Assembly: GCA_965227515.1 (NCBI GenBank)
Contig: CBDDFZ010000002.1
Span: 1,216,001 to 1,280,000 of the forward strand
Direction: 5' to 3'
DNA length: 64,000 bases
Origin: Alphaproteobacteria bacterium
GTDB taxonomy: Bacteria; Pseudomonadota; Alphaproteobacteria; CALKHQ01
Shown here: piece by piece, positions 20,111-29,019 of the stretch
How the letters are laid out: every line of letters begins with the position of its first letter
Position numbering within the stretch: position 1 is the first letter of the stretch
The notes under the pieces: model-generated
What the model saw: only the letters and a program-made list of their open reading frames with translations
Told to the model about the DNA's origin: nothing
Database searches by the model: none
Position numbers and translations under genes: made by a program

Positions 20111-20773
20111 ATGCCGCTCGACAACTATCGCCTGGTGATCGGCCGGCCGCGCGCGCTGGCGCTGGACGACGACGAGAGCCCGCATCTCGGCATTCACGTC
20201 GACGCGGCGGGGCTGGACCACCGTATCGCGGTCAACGTCCGCTCGCGGGTGGCGCCGCACACCTTGCTCTATGCGCGCAAGGAGCCGTTCGTACATCCGC
20301 TGGTCGACCGTCTGGCGCTGCTGTCGCCGGGCACGGTCGACGTGCGCCGCAAGCGGCCCGACCTGGCGGTGGATTTCGCGCGCGGCGGTTTGTTCTCGCG
20401 CGAGGAGATGCGCGCGGCCCCCTATGAGCGGGCCGGGCCGAACAACGACCTGCGCGAGTTCCTGTGGCCGGTGCTGCAGCGCGCTATCGCCCAGTCGGAG
20501 GCGTTGGTCTATGCGTTCGGCGAGACCTGGGGGCCGGAGCAGCGGCGGCGCGACGAGTGGTTCGGCTTCCGCCCCAGCCGCGGGGTGCACGACATCCACA
20601 TGAACCAGGGCAGCTCCGACTATCACGCCCACAGCAACGGCGCGAACCAGGACGGCGCGTTGCTGGTGCGATTGGCCGACCCGCCGCATTGGGTCGCGAT
20701 CTTTCTGGCGTTCCAGGACCAGACCTTCGACACCGACCCGCAGACCGGGCATCCGATCGTGGGACCTCAATAG
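20111..20773 (+). CDS. YukJ/DUF2278 family protein
   Basis: IAVNVRS, GVHDIHMNQG, QDGALL, AIFLAFQ.Q. Confidence 0.85.
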   Translation: MPLDNYRLVIGRPRALALDDDESPHLGIHVDAAGLDHRIAVNVRSRVAPHTLLYARKEPFVHPLVDRLALLSPGTVDVRRKRPDLAVDFARGGLFSREEMRAAPYERAGPNNDLREFLWPVLQRAIAQSEALVYAFGETWGPEQRRRDEWFGFRPSRGVHDIHMNQGSSDYHAHSNGANQDGALLVRLADPPHWVAIFLAFQDQTFDTDPQTGHPIVGPQ

Positions 20774-20857
20774 GGCGTGACGAGACGCGGCATGGCGCCT
20801 GCACGGCCGGCGTGACACCCTGGCGGCGCGCACGAATCAGCACGGAGCAGGCCCGAT

Positions 20858-21784
20858 ATGAGCGACGGAGACACCGACACCTGTAACATCGCCGTCATCG
20901 GCCTGGGATCGATGGGCCACGGCGTGGCACTTTCGGCGTTGCGGGCCGGCCACCGGGTGTGGGGCGTCGACATAGATGCGGGGCGTGCCGAGCGGTTCCG
21001 GGCCGAGGGCGGCGCGCCTGGCACACTGGCAGAGGTAGCTGCCGACCTGGACGCGGTGGTCGTCGTTGTACTGAACGCCGCCCAGACCGAGAGCGTGCTG
21101 TTCGGGGATGGAGCCGGCAATGGGGGCGTCGTACCGACGCTGCGGCCAGGCGCCGTCGTTCTGGGTTGTGCCACGGTCGCACCGGCGTTCGCGCGCCAGA
21201 TGGCGGCGCAGTGCGCCGAACGCGGCGTGCACTATCTGGATGCACCGATCTCGGGCGGCGCGACCAAAGCGGCCGAGGGCGCGCTTTCGGTGATGGCGTC
21301 GGGCACGCCGGAAACGTTCGCTGCCGCGCGAACGGTGCTATCCTGCATGGCGACGACGGTCTTCGAGCTTGGCGAGGCGCCCGGCGCCGGCAGCGCCATG
21401 AAAGCGGTGAACCAACTGCTGGCCGGCGTGCACATCGCGACAATGGCCGAGGCGCTGACCTTCGGCATGACCCAGGGCGTCGATCCGGACACGTTCATCG
21501 AGGTCATCACCAAGTGCGCCGGGTCGAGCTGGATGCTGGAGAACCGCGCACCGCACATTGCCGACGGCGACTACACCCCACGCAGCGCCGTCGATATCTG
21601 GCCGAAGGACCTGGGCATCGTGCTCGATATCGCGAAGGCGGCCGGCTTCGACGCACCTATCGCAACCGCTGCGCTGCAGCGGTTCAGGGCGGCAGCCGAG
21701 ATGGGGCTGGGCGGCGAGGACGATGCCGCCGTCGCCAAGGTCTATGCCCGGGCCGCGGGCCTGACCCTGCCCGGCGAGGACTGA
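20858..21784 (+). CDS. NAD(P)-dependent 3-hydroxyacid dehydrogenase (L-threonate dehydrogenase-like)
   Basis: IGLGSMG, DAPISGG, KAVNQLLAGVHI, SWMLENR, SAVDIWPKDL. Confidence 0.85.
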   Translation: MSDGDTDTCNIAVIGLGSMGHGVALSALRAGHRVWGVDIDAGRAERFRAEGGAPGTLAEVAADLDAVVVVVLNAAQTESVLFGDGAGNGGVVPTLRPGAVVLGCATVAPAFARQMAAQCAERGVHYLDAPISGGATKAAEGALSVMASGTPETFAAARTVLSCMATTVFELGEAPGAGSAMKAVNQLLAGVHIATMAEALTFGMTQGVDPDTFIEVITKCAGSSWMLENRAPHIADGDYTPRSAVDIWPKDLGIVLDIAKAAGFDAPIATAALQRFRAAAEMGLGGEDDAAVAKVYARAAGLTLPGED

Positions 21785-21873
21785 CGCCGCGCCCGCATCG
21801 CCGAACATGGGCCTTGATTTGCATGGCCCGGTGGGTCACAGGTGCGGCACGGGGTAAACACGGGAGTGTCGCC

Positions 21874-22164
21874 ATGACCGAGACCACCACCGAACACGGC
21901 CACGATCACGAGGGCGAAGGCGAGGGCAAGCAGCTACTGCACCTGGTGCTGGGCGGCGAGCTGGTCAGTTCCCAGTCCACCGAGTTCAAGAACATCGACG
22001 AGATCGATATCGTCGGCGTCTTCCCGAACTATGCGACGGCCTACAAGGCCTGGCGCGGCAAGGCGATGTCGACCATCGACAACGCGATGACCCGCTACTT
22101 CATCGTCCACCTGCACCGCATGCTGGACCCGGAAACCGACACCACCCGCGGCGATCAGGACTGA
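21874..22164 (+). CDS. DUF4170 family protein
   Basis: LLHLVLGGEL..DIVGVFPNYATAYKAWR..DNAMTRYFIVHLHR; GGGAG RBS. Confidence 0.85.
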   Translation: MTETTTEHGHDHEGEGEGKQLLHLVLGGELVSSQSTEFKNIDEIDIVGVFPNYATAYKAWRGKAMSTIDNAMTRYFIVHLHRMLDPETDTTRGDQD

Positions 22165-22206
22165 CTGCAGGTCTACCCGGTCGGCAGCGGCTTTCACCCT
22201 CGCCAA

Positions 22207-22346
22207 TTGTCATCCTCGGCCGGAGCCCAAGTACATCTACTTGGGCGGAGCGCCGGGGATCCATTGCGCCGCTCGCGCGATGACAACGATGGATCCTCGA
22301 CGCGACGCGGCGAACAAGTTCGAACCGCGCCGGTCAAGGATGACAA
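22207..22346. repeat. TGTCATCC..GGATGACA palindromic repeat (CGTC-family REP doublet)
   Basis: Terminal inverted repeats ttgtcatcct/aggatgacaa; inner ggatccat/atggatcc pair. Confidence 0.75.
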
Positions 22347-22383
22347 GGGGGGTAGTGGCGGGCACTGAGTCTGCCGAGGCAAT

Positions 22384-22467
22384 CGTAGCCCGGGTGGAAC
22401 GGCGTGAAACCCGGGGACATACCTTCACCTCTCTGTGCCCCGGATTGCGCTGCGCTCCATCCGGGCT
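22384..22467. repeat. GTAG-family REP doublet interrupted by the IS110 element (remaining acg at 23888-23890)
   Basis: cgtagcccgg at 22384; removing the IS restores ccatccgggCTacg, its inverted partner. Confidence 0.85.
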
Positions 22468-22499
22468 TCTGTAACGGGCCATTGTTGGTCAATCCCTTT

Positions 22500-22670
22500 T
22501 TCGTCGTCCCGGCGCCTGGGTCATGCTTCTGTACGGGGTCGGCGCAGGGCCGCCGCCAAGATGGATATGCGAGGATCGGTCGGTCCAATCTACGGAAGCG
22601 TGCTCTCATGCGAGGCGACATCCCGGATGGCGGCCTGACCTGATCCATCGTCCCGGCGCGGGACGGCGCT
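22500..22670 (-). ncRNA. Putative bridge/seek RNA of the IS element (boundaries approximate)
   Basis: Structured region containing CCATCCGGG and CGTAG (target matches) and CCATCTT and TACAGAAG (circle-junction matches). Confidence 0.7.
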
Positions 22671-22731
22671 TGACGGGCCGGTGTCGGTGCCCGTCGAAGC
22701 TCGTGTGTCGGTTCTCCTTATGCCGCGGCCA

Positions 22732-23775
22732 TCATGCTGTCGCCATCGCCGGGCGCACCGGTCCGGCATGGTTGAACGGTGTGCCGTCAACCCACATCCG
22801 GTGCATGATGACGGCGAGCCGGCGCGCCAGCGCGACCTTCGCCTTCCTCATGCCCGCACGCCTGGCCAGCTTCATCGCCCAGCTCTTCAGCCAGCCGCCC
22901 TCGATCGGCCGGGTCAGAACCACGTGCGCCGCCTCATAGAGGGCCGAGCGCACATCGGCGTCTCCTACCTTCGATATCCGCCCCATCACCTCGCTCTCGC
23001 CCGACTGGCGCTTGGTCGGCGTCAGGCCGAAGTGCGCACCCACCAGGCGCGACGAGGCAAACCGCCCGGGGTCGTCCACTCCCGACAAGTAGGTCAGTCC
23101 GACAATGCTCCCCACGCCCGGCACCGTCATCAGCAGGCGAGCGCGATCGTCGGCCTGCGATGCCGCTCGGACCTGCCGGTCCAGCGCCGTGAACGATAGC
23201 AACAGGCCATCGCGTGCCGACAGCAGCGCCCCCGCCACCGCCTCCAGTACCGGATGCCCCGCCACAAGCTCCGAAATACGTGTCGAAAAGCTGCGCCTGG
23301 TGGTGTGCCCTACCTTCAGCCCGAAGTTCCGCAGCTGACCACGAAGGTGCATCTCAAGATCGTGCAGCTTCGCGCGGAGCTGGTCGCGACCCTTCAAAAG
23401 GGCCCGCATCTCCTGGGCCGCCAAAGACTTGCAGTGAACCGGCCGAAACCAGCCCACACGCATCAGCTGAGCAATCCCGCGTGCGTCCGAGCGGTCCGAC
23501 TTCACCGGCATCGTCGAAAGGGCTCGCGCAACATGACGCGTCTCCAGCAACTCAACCGAAAGACCGCCCTCGCTACATCCCCGCACAAGCCATTGCGACA
23601 ACGGCCCCGCCTCAAGACCAATCCGCTCAACCGAAATCCCCAAAGACCCAAACCACAACAACAAACCCGCCGGCGTGCTCGCAATACGAGCCTCGCAGAC
23701 AATCCCGCCCGCGCCGTCAACAACGCACACCGATGACCATTCCAAAGAAACGTCAATCCCGGCATAGTAGTTCAT
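22732..23775 (-). CDS. IS110 family transposase/recombinase (347 aa)
   Basis: GIDVS, GLEAG, KSDRSDA (DEDD RuvC-like), VPGVG, GLTPTKRQSG Ser motif, KAKVALARRL; GAGGAG RBS. Confidence 0.95.
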   Translation of the reverse strand: MNYYAGIDVSLEWSSVCVVDGAGGIVCEARIASTPAGLLLWFGSLGISVERIGLEAGPLSQWLVRGCSEGGLSVELLETRHVARALSTMPVKSDRSDARGIAQLMRVGWFRPVHCKSLAAQEMRALLKGRDQLRAKLHDLEMHLRGQLRNFGLKVGHTTRRSFSTRISELVAGHPVLEAVAGALLSARDGLLLSFTALDRQVRAASQADDRARLLMTVPGVGSIVGLTYLSGVDDPGRFASSRLVGAHFGLTPTKRQSGESEVMGRISKVGDADVRSALYEAAHVVLTRPIEGGWLKSWAMKLARRAGMRKAKVALARRLAVIMHRMWVDGTPFNHAGPVRPAMATA

Positions 23776-23905
23776 GGTCGTCTCTCCTCGATGTCTTGGA
23801 GCGGCAAACCCGACTCCGTGTATGACACCGACATCTTGAGGGACGACCACTCATGCAAGCCACCAAACGAGGGCCGTTAGCCCATCTACGCAGTCAGCAG
23901 CGGGC

Positions 23906-24892
23906 TCAACCGTCCCCCGGCCACGGGCCGGCCTGGGCCTCCAGCGCCTCATAGTCGATATCGGGCTCATGCACCGCGCGGATACGGGCGAACTCCCGGC
24001 CCTTGACCAGCGCGGTCAGCGCGCGGTTGTAGGGCACGTCGATCCCCAGCGCCTCTGCCTCGCGCACCAGCGCGCCGTTCAGCGCATTGATCTCGGTCCG
24101 CCGCCCGGCGTCGACATGCTGCTGCATCGACGGGCGCGAGAACTTGGTCCAGCAATGCCGCTTGATGGTGCTGCGGATGTCCTTGTCCGGGATGTCGAGC
24201 CCCTTGGCGGCAACCACGGCGAGCGCCTCGTCGATGATCCGGTCCTGGAAGTCGTTCACATCGGGCTGCCGGGCCAGTTCGCCGAGCCGGAGCCCGGTCG
24301 CGGCGCAGATCGGGTTGATGGCGATGTTGAGCAGGAACTTCTGCCAGATCACCGCCATGATGTCGGGGCTGATGGAGGTGGGAAAGCCTGCCGCATCCAG
24401 CATCGCCTTCACAGTCGCGGCGCGGTCCGTTGACCGCCCGTCCAGTTCGCCGATGGTGGTGGGGCCCTGGTGGGTCTGGGTCACCTGGCCCGGTCCGCGC
24501 ACCATGAAGCTGGACATGCTGGACCCGCCCAGCACCCGCGCCGCGCCGAGCACCTCGACCAGCGCCTCGACATTGCCGATGCCGTTCTGCAGCGTCAGCG
24601 CGAACCCGTCCGGCGCCAGCACCTGTGCCGCGGTCATGGCGGCATCGGCGCTGTGGTTGGCATCGACCGTCACGATGGCGAGGTCGGCGGGCGGCGCCTC
24701 GGCGGGGTCGGCGTAGGCCGCCATCGCGACCGTGTGCGCGCCCGGTACGCCGTCCAGCCGCAGCCCGTCGCGGTTGATCGCCGCGACGTGGTCGGCCAAC
24801 ACATCGATCAGTGTCACGTCGACACCGCTCAACGCCAAGCGCGCGCCATAGCTGCCGCCCAAGGCCCCCGCGCCGATCACGCATACCCGCAT
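23906..24892 (-). CDS. 2-dehydropantoate 2-reductase family protein
   Basis: IGAGALG, TLQNGIG, WQKFLLNIAINP, SMQQH..GRRTEI..NG. Confidence 0.88.
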   Translation of the reverse strand: MRVCVIGAGALGGSYGARLALSGVDVTLIDVLADHVAAINRDGLRLDGVPGAHTVAMAAYADPAEAPPADLAIVTVDANHSADAAMTAAQVLAPDGFALTLQNGIGNVEALVEVLGAARVLGGSSMSSFMVRGPGQVTQTHQGPTTIGELDGRSTDRAATVKAMLDAAGFPTSISPDIMAVIWQKFLLNIAINPICAATGLRLGELARQPDVNDFQDRIIDEALAVVAAKGLDIPDKDIRSTIKRHCWTKFSRPSMQQHVDAGRRTEINALNGALVREAEALGIDVPYNRALTALVKGREFARIRAVHEPDIDYEALEAQAGPWPGDG

Positions 24893-24941
24893 GCCGTCCT
24901 CCCGTTGTTGCGCGATAGCAGAGAGAGGATGCGGCGCAAGG

Positions 24942-26237
24942 TCAACCGCTTTTGAGGTCCGCGAGCTTGCGTTCCAGCAGCCGTTGCTCCTGGCGCGACG
25001 TCGTCTTGCGCCACGCCGTGCGCAGATCGGCGCGCGCGCCCGCCATGTCGCCCAGCCGGGTCCTGAACTCGGCGCGTGCGGCATGGAACAGGTAGTAGTC
25101 CGCCGACAGGTTCCAGTCTCGGTCGACCTGCTCCAGCGCGGCCAGGGCGGCGTGCGGCCCATCGGTTTCCGCGACCGCGATGCAGCGGTTGAAGGCATAG
25201 AGCGGACCGGGCGCCAGCGCCATCAGACGGTCGTAGTCGCGCAGGATCGCTGGCCAGTCGGTGGAGTCGTAGTCGCTCGCCAGGCAATGCCGGGCCGCGA
25301 TGCCGGCCTCCAGGTGATAGCGCGAGATGTCGTCGCCCTCCGCCGAGGCCGCCAAGTGCGCTAGTCCCGCGCGGATGGCGTCGCCGTCCCAGGCACCGCG
25401 GTCCTGGTCGCGGAGCAGCACGATGGCGCCGGCATGGTCGATGCGCGCATCGAACCGGGCGGCGTGCAGCAGCATCAGCGCCATCAGGGCGCGTACCGGC
25501 GGGCGGTTGCAGGTGGGGTTGTCGAGCAGCACCTGGCAGAGGCGCATAGCATCGCCGCACAGCTCGCGCCGGATCAGCGCGTCCGGGTGCGCGGAGTGGT
25601 AGCCGGCGGCGAAGATCGCATAGATGGTGGCGAGCACGCCCTCCAGCCGTTGCGGCATCTCGGCGGGCGGCGGCACCTCAAGGGCGATGGCGCCGTCGCC
25701 AAGCTGTCGGCGCGCGCGCTGCACCCGCTTTGCCGCCGTGTCCTCGCCGGTCATCAGGCAGCGGGCGATTTCCGCCGTGCTGAAGCCGCCGAGGAATTTC
25801 AGCGCGAGCGCGACCTGGCCGGGCAGGGGGATCGCCGGGTGGCAGCAGGCGAACAGCATCCGCACCTCGCTGTCGCCGATCTCCGCGCCAAAGTGCGGTT
25901 CGTCCGCATCGTCGGGCGGGAACAATTGGTCCAACAGGCCGGGGTCGTCGGCGTAGCGTTGCGCGGTGCCTTGCCGGCGGGTGCGGTCGATCAGGTGATT
26001 GCAGGCGGCCCGGTAGAGCCAGCCGCGCACGTTCGCCGGACGTCCACTGAAACGCCAGCGTTCCAGCGCGCGCAGCACCGCCACCTGTACCGCGTCCTCG
26101 ATCTCGTCGATGTAGGCCGGGCCGAACCGCGCGGTCAGCACGGCGATGATGCGCGCGGTGTCGTGGCGGAAGCTCTGCTCGACGGTCCGCGCGACGTTCT
26201 CCACGCCCGCTGGCGCGGCAGCGCTCATGTGGCTCAT
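24942..26237 (-). CDS. ECF sigma factor with C-terminal extension (ECF42-like)
   Basis: EDAVQ, WLYRAACN, LFACCHP, QDRGAWD, YHLEAGIAA; ATGA-coupled to the YCII gene. Confidence 0.88.
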   Translation of the reverse strand: MSHMSAAAPAGVENVARTVEQSFRHDTARIIAVLTARFGPAYIDEIEDAVQVAVLRALERWRFSGRPANVRGWLYRAACNHLIDRTRRQGTAQRYADDPGLLDQLFPPDDADEPHFGAEIGDSEVRMLFACCHPAIPLPGQVALALKFLGGFSTAEIARCLMTGEDTAAKRVQRARRQLGDGAIALEVPPPAEMPQRLEGVLATIYAIFAAGYHSAHPDALIRRELCGDAMRLCQVLLDNPTCNRPPVRALMALMLLHAARFDARIDHAGAIVLLRDQDRGAWDGDAIRAGLAHLAASAEGDDISRYHLEAGIAARHCLASDYDSTDWPAILRDYDRLMALAPGPLYAFNRCIAVAETDGPHAALAALEQVDRDWNLSADYYLFHAARAEFRTRLGDMAGARADLRTAWRKTTSRQEQRLLERKLADLKSG

Positions 26238-26596
26238 GGGTCGGTGGCGTCCATGCACATGCCGTCTTCCAGCCGGCGCACCTCGACCGAGCCGTCGTAC
26301 TCGAAGATGGGGCACTGGCGCGCGATCGCAGCAGCCTCGTCTGCGTTGGCCGCGCGTATGACGCAATAGCCGCCGACCGCCTCCTTCGATTCCGCGAACG
26401 GCCCGTCGACGACGAGCCCGCCACGGCGGACGAGCTGGCCGCCCGGCCCCAGCGCCTCGCCGCGCTCGAACCGGCCGTCGCGGGTCAGTTCGGCGACCCA
26501 CGCCTCCCACTTGTTCAGGTGCGCCTCGACCTCGCGCGCCGAGAGGCCGGGCGTCTGGGGCGCGCCGCCGCGATACAGGAACATGAAGCGGTCCAT
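26234..26596 (-). CDS. YCII/DGPF-domain protein
   Basis: DGPFAESKEAVGGY, VEVR; GGAGGAG RBS. Confidence 0.9.
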   Translation of the reverse strand: MDRFMFLYRGGAPQTPGLSAREVEAHLNKWEAWVAELTRDGRFERGEALGPGGQLVRRGGLVVDGPFAESKEAVGGYCVIRAANADEAAAIARQCPIFEYDGSVEVRRLEDGMCMDATDP

Positions 26597-26657
26597 GGTC
26601 ATCTCCTCCACATCGGCATGTCATACCGCGCAGTCCATCCAGGCAACATGCATGAAC

Positions 26658-26687
26658 CGAGACGCATGAGCCGGGCCGGATCGGACG
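26658..26687 (-). promoter_or_regulatory. Putative ECF promoter of the YCII-sigma operon
   Basis: CGTCCG-N17-CGTCTCG. Confidence 0.55.
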
Positions 26688-26731
26688 ACGGAACGCGTGT
26701 AACGCCATCACATTGATTTCAATGCCGGTTT

Positions 26732-26761
26732 CGTCCCGATCAGGCGTGCGCAGCCGTCTCG
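26732..26761 (+). promoter_or_regulatory. Putative ECF promoter of the SnoaL-VOC operon
   Basis: CGTCCC-N17-CGTCTCG, same motif as the divergent promoter. Confidence 0.55.
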
Positions 26762-26813
26762 TCGTTGGATGCCGCAAAAACGCGCGCATCGAACCGAAAC
26801 TCGGGAGACGACG

Positions 26814-27299
26814 ATGATCCGATCACTTGGCCGCCATGCGATGCGCGGCATGACACTCGGCCTGGCCCTGTCGGCCGCAACGGCGGCGCTGGCGCAGGAC
26901 GGCCCCGACCCGGCGGTGCTGGTCGCCGGCAGCGAGGCGTTCTTCGCCACCATGAACGCCGGCGACATGCCGGGCTGGCTGGCGACCATGGCGCCGGACG
27001 TGGTGACCTTTGAGCCGGTCGGCACGCCGCCGAACGTCGGACATGAGGGCGTGATGGCCTGGATGCAGCGCAATGCGGAGATGGGCATGACGTCCGTCCA
27101 CGTCACGCTGGACCGGGTGATCCCGGCCGGCCAGGAGACCGCGGTGCTGTGGACGGCAGACTTCACCCTCGCCAACGGTGCGGCGGTGACGGTCTCCGGC
27201 GTCGATATCCACCGCTTCGACGACGACGGCCTGATCGTGGAAGTGCGCGGCTATTTCGACCCCATGCCCATGATGGCGGCGATGGCGGCAAACCAGTGA
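26814..27299 (+). CDS. Secreted NTF2/SnoaL-like protein
   Basis: Signal peptide, MAPDVVTFEP, GVDIHRFDDDGLI..RGYFD. Confidence 0.85.
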   Translation: MIRSLGRHAMRGMTLGLALSAATAALAQDGPDPAVLVAGSEAFFATMNAGDMPGWLATMAPDVVTFEPVGTPPNVGHEGVMAWMQRNAEMGMTSVHVTLDRVIPAGQETAVLWTADFTLANGAAVTVSGVDIHRFDDDGLIVEVRGYFDPMPMMAAMAANQ

Positions 27300-27313
27300 G
27301 CGGGAGACGGACA

Positions 27314-27682
27314 ATGGCGCAAGACGTGAGGATCAACTGGTTCCAGATCCCGGCCACCGACCTTGAGCGCGCAACGGCATTCTATGCCGACGTGCTGCGG
27401 GCCGAGACCATGCCGATGACGATGCCCGGCGCGCGCATGCAGGCGTTCGTATCGGGCGGCCGCCCGGTGGGCGCGATCGTGGAGTCCGAGCATGTGGCAC
27501 CATCGGACCAGGGCACGTTGATGTTCCTGGATGCGGGCGGGCCGGTCGGCGATGCGCTGGCGCGAGTGGAGCGCGCCGGCGGGCGCATCGTGCTGCCGCG
27601 CACCGAGATCGGCGAGTATGGCGTGATCGGCCAGTTCCTGGACACTGAGGGCAACCGCCTCGCGTTCCACGGGATGAGTTAG
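27314..27682 (+). CDS. VOC/glyoxalase family protein
   Basis: WFQIPATDLERATAFY, FLDTEGNRLAFH. Confidence 0.88.
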   Translation: MAQDVRINWFQIPATDLERATAFYADVLRAETMPMTMPGARMQAFVSGGRPVGAIVESEHVAPSDQGTLMFLDAGGPVGDALARVERAGGRIVLPRTEIGEYGVIGQFLDTEGNRLAFHGMS

Positions 27683-27707
27683 GGCCTGTCAGCGTGTTCT
27701 GAGCCGA

Positions 27708-27844
27708 CCCTCACCCTCCCGTCCGGCGTTGCCGGCCGCATCCATCCCCTCTCCCGAGATGGGAGAGGGGATGGATGCGGCACCAAGACCCCTCTCCCCG
27801 TGTGGGAGAGGGAGGGGCCCAGCCGAAGGCTGGGAGGGTGAGGG
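27708..27844. repeat. Composite CCCTCTCCC/GGGAGAGGG palindromic element between convergent genes
   Basis: Outer IR ccctcaccctccc/gggagggtgaggg; perfect 21-bp stem 27735-27781. Confidence 0.85.
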
Positions 27845-27848
27845 GGCT

Positions 27849-28310
27849 CTAGCGCCCGCGCAGCGCTGCCTGCACCGCGGCGTCGAGGGCGTTCAGGAAC
27901 CGGCTGCGGTCGGCCCTGGCGAAGGGCTTGTTGGTGCCCTTGATCTCGCCCATGTCGCGCAGGTCGGCGGTGAGCGCGCGCATCGCCACCGCCGAGCCGA
28001 TATTGTCGCTGGTGAACGGGCGCCCGTCCGGGCCGATGGCTTTTGCGCCCCGCTCCAGGCAGCGCCCGGCGAGCAGGATGTCGGCGGTGATCGCGATGTC
28101 GCCGGCGCCGATGTGCTCCGCGATCCAGTCGTCGGCGGCATCGAAACCGTCGCCGACCACCACCGGGTGGACGCGCGGATGGGTGCCGAGGCGCATACCC
28201 TGGCCGCTGACCAGATGCACCGTCAGCTTGCAGCGCTCGGCGACCCGCAGCACCTCGTCCTTCACCGGGCAGGCGTCGGCATCGACATAGATCTCGGGCG
28301 AGCGCGCCAT
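27849..28310 (-). CDS. YaiI/YqxD (UPF0178) family protein
   Basis: IYVDADACPVK, DAADDWI, ITADILLA. Confidence 0.9.
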   Translation of the reverse strand: MARSPEIYVDADACPVKDEVLRVAERCKLTVHLVSGQGMRLGTHPRVHPVVVGDGFDAADDWIAEHIGAGDIAITADILLAGRCLERGAKAIGPDGRPFTSDNIGSAVAMRALTADLRDMGEIKGTNKPFARADRSRFLNALDAAVQAALRGR

Positions 28311-28333
28311 CGGTGCGTGCTGTGGGCGACCGG

Positions 28334-28831
28334 CTACTCGGCCGCCATGCTGCCGTGGGCGCGGCCGGGCAGGGTGCCGCGAATGACGTAGGCCAGCGTC
28401 TCCACGACCTGTTCGGGCGTGGCGCAGGTGGCGAGTGCTGCCGCGTCCACCTCCTTCAGCGCGTGGTTGACCGCCGGGTCGTGCAGGGTGATCAGCGCCT
28501 TGCCGAGGGCGGCGGCCATGCCGGCATCGAACGCGGCATTCCACTGCTTGTACTTCTCGCCGAAGCGCACCACGACCACGTCGGCCTCGCCGATCAGGGT
28601 GCGGGTGCGGATGGCGTTCATCGAGGCACCCTTGCGGTCGTGCCAGAACGCATTGTCCTCGGCGCCCAGGATCACGGCACCGCAGTCGTCGCTGTCCTCG
28701 TGCACCGTCACCGGCGCGTCCAGCCGCACCGGCAGCCCGGCGGCGGCAACCCCGTCGCGAATGCGCTCGCGCCAGTCGGAGTGAATCTCGCCGGAAAGAT
28801 AGACGCGCCAGGTGCGCTCTTCGGTGGTCAT
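28334..28831 (-). CDS. YtoQ family protein
   Basis: VYLSGEIHSDWR, RFGEKYKQWNAAFDAG, HALKEVD. Confidence 0.9.
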   Translation of the reverse strand: MTTEERTWRVYLSGEIHSDWRERIRDGVAAAGLPVRLDAPVTVHEDSDDCGAVILGAEDNAFWHDRKGASMNAIRTRTLIGEADVVVVRFGEKYKQWNAAFDAGMAAALGKALITLHDPAVNHALKEVDAAALATCATPEQVVETLAYVIRGTLPGRAHGSMAAE

Positions 28832-29019
28832 GGCTTGCGGCCCTCCCGTTTGTCCATGGGAGGGGGATAGCGGTCCCGGGCCGGGGGATCAATGGGCGGC
28901 GACCCTGTTGCCGGCACAATATGGGGTGTTGGCCCCATACAGGCGGCAGGTCTGGGTTCCCATGTGGTGACGGGCAGACGGCCACACCCCGTGGCCCGAT
29001 TCAATTCGGTGTAAGAATC

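Larger units (their letters stand above)
22468..23885 (-). mobile_element. IS110-family (IS1111-type) insertion sequence flanked by a CT core, no TSD
   Basis: CT at 22466-67 and 23886-87; sub-terminal IRs taacgggcc (22472-80) and gggccgtta (23871-79); long 3' non-coding end. Confidence 0.88.
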
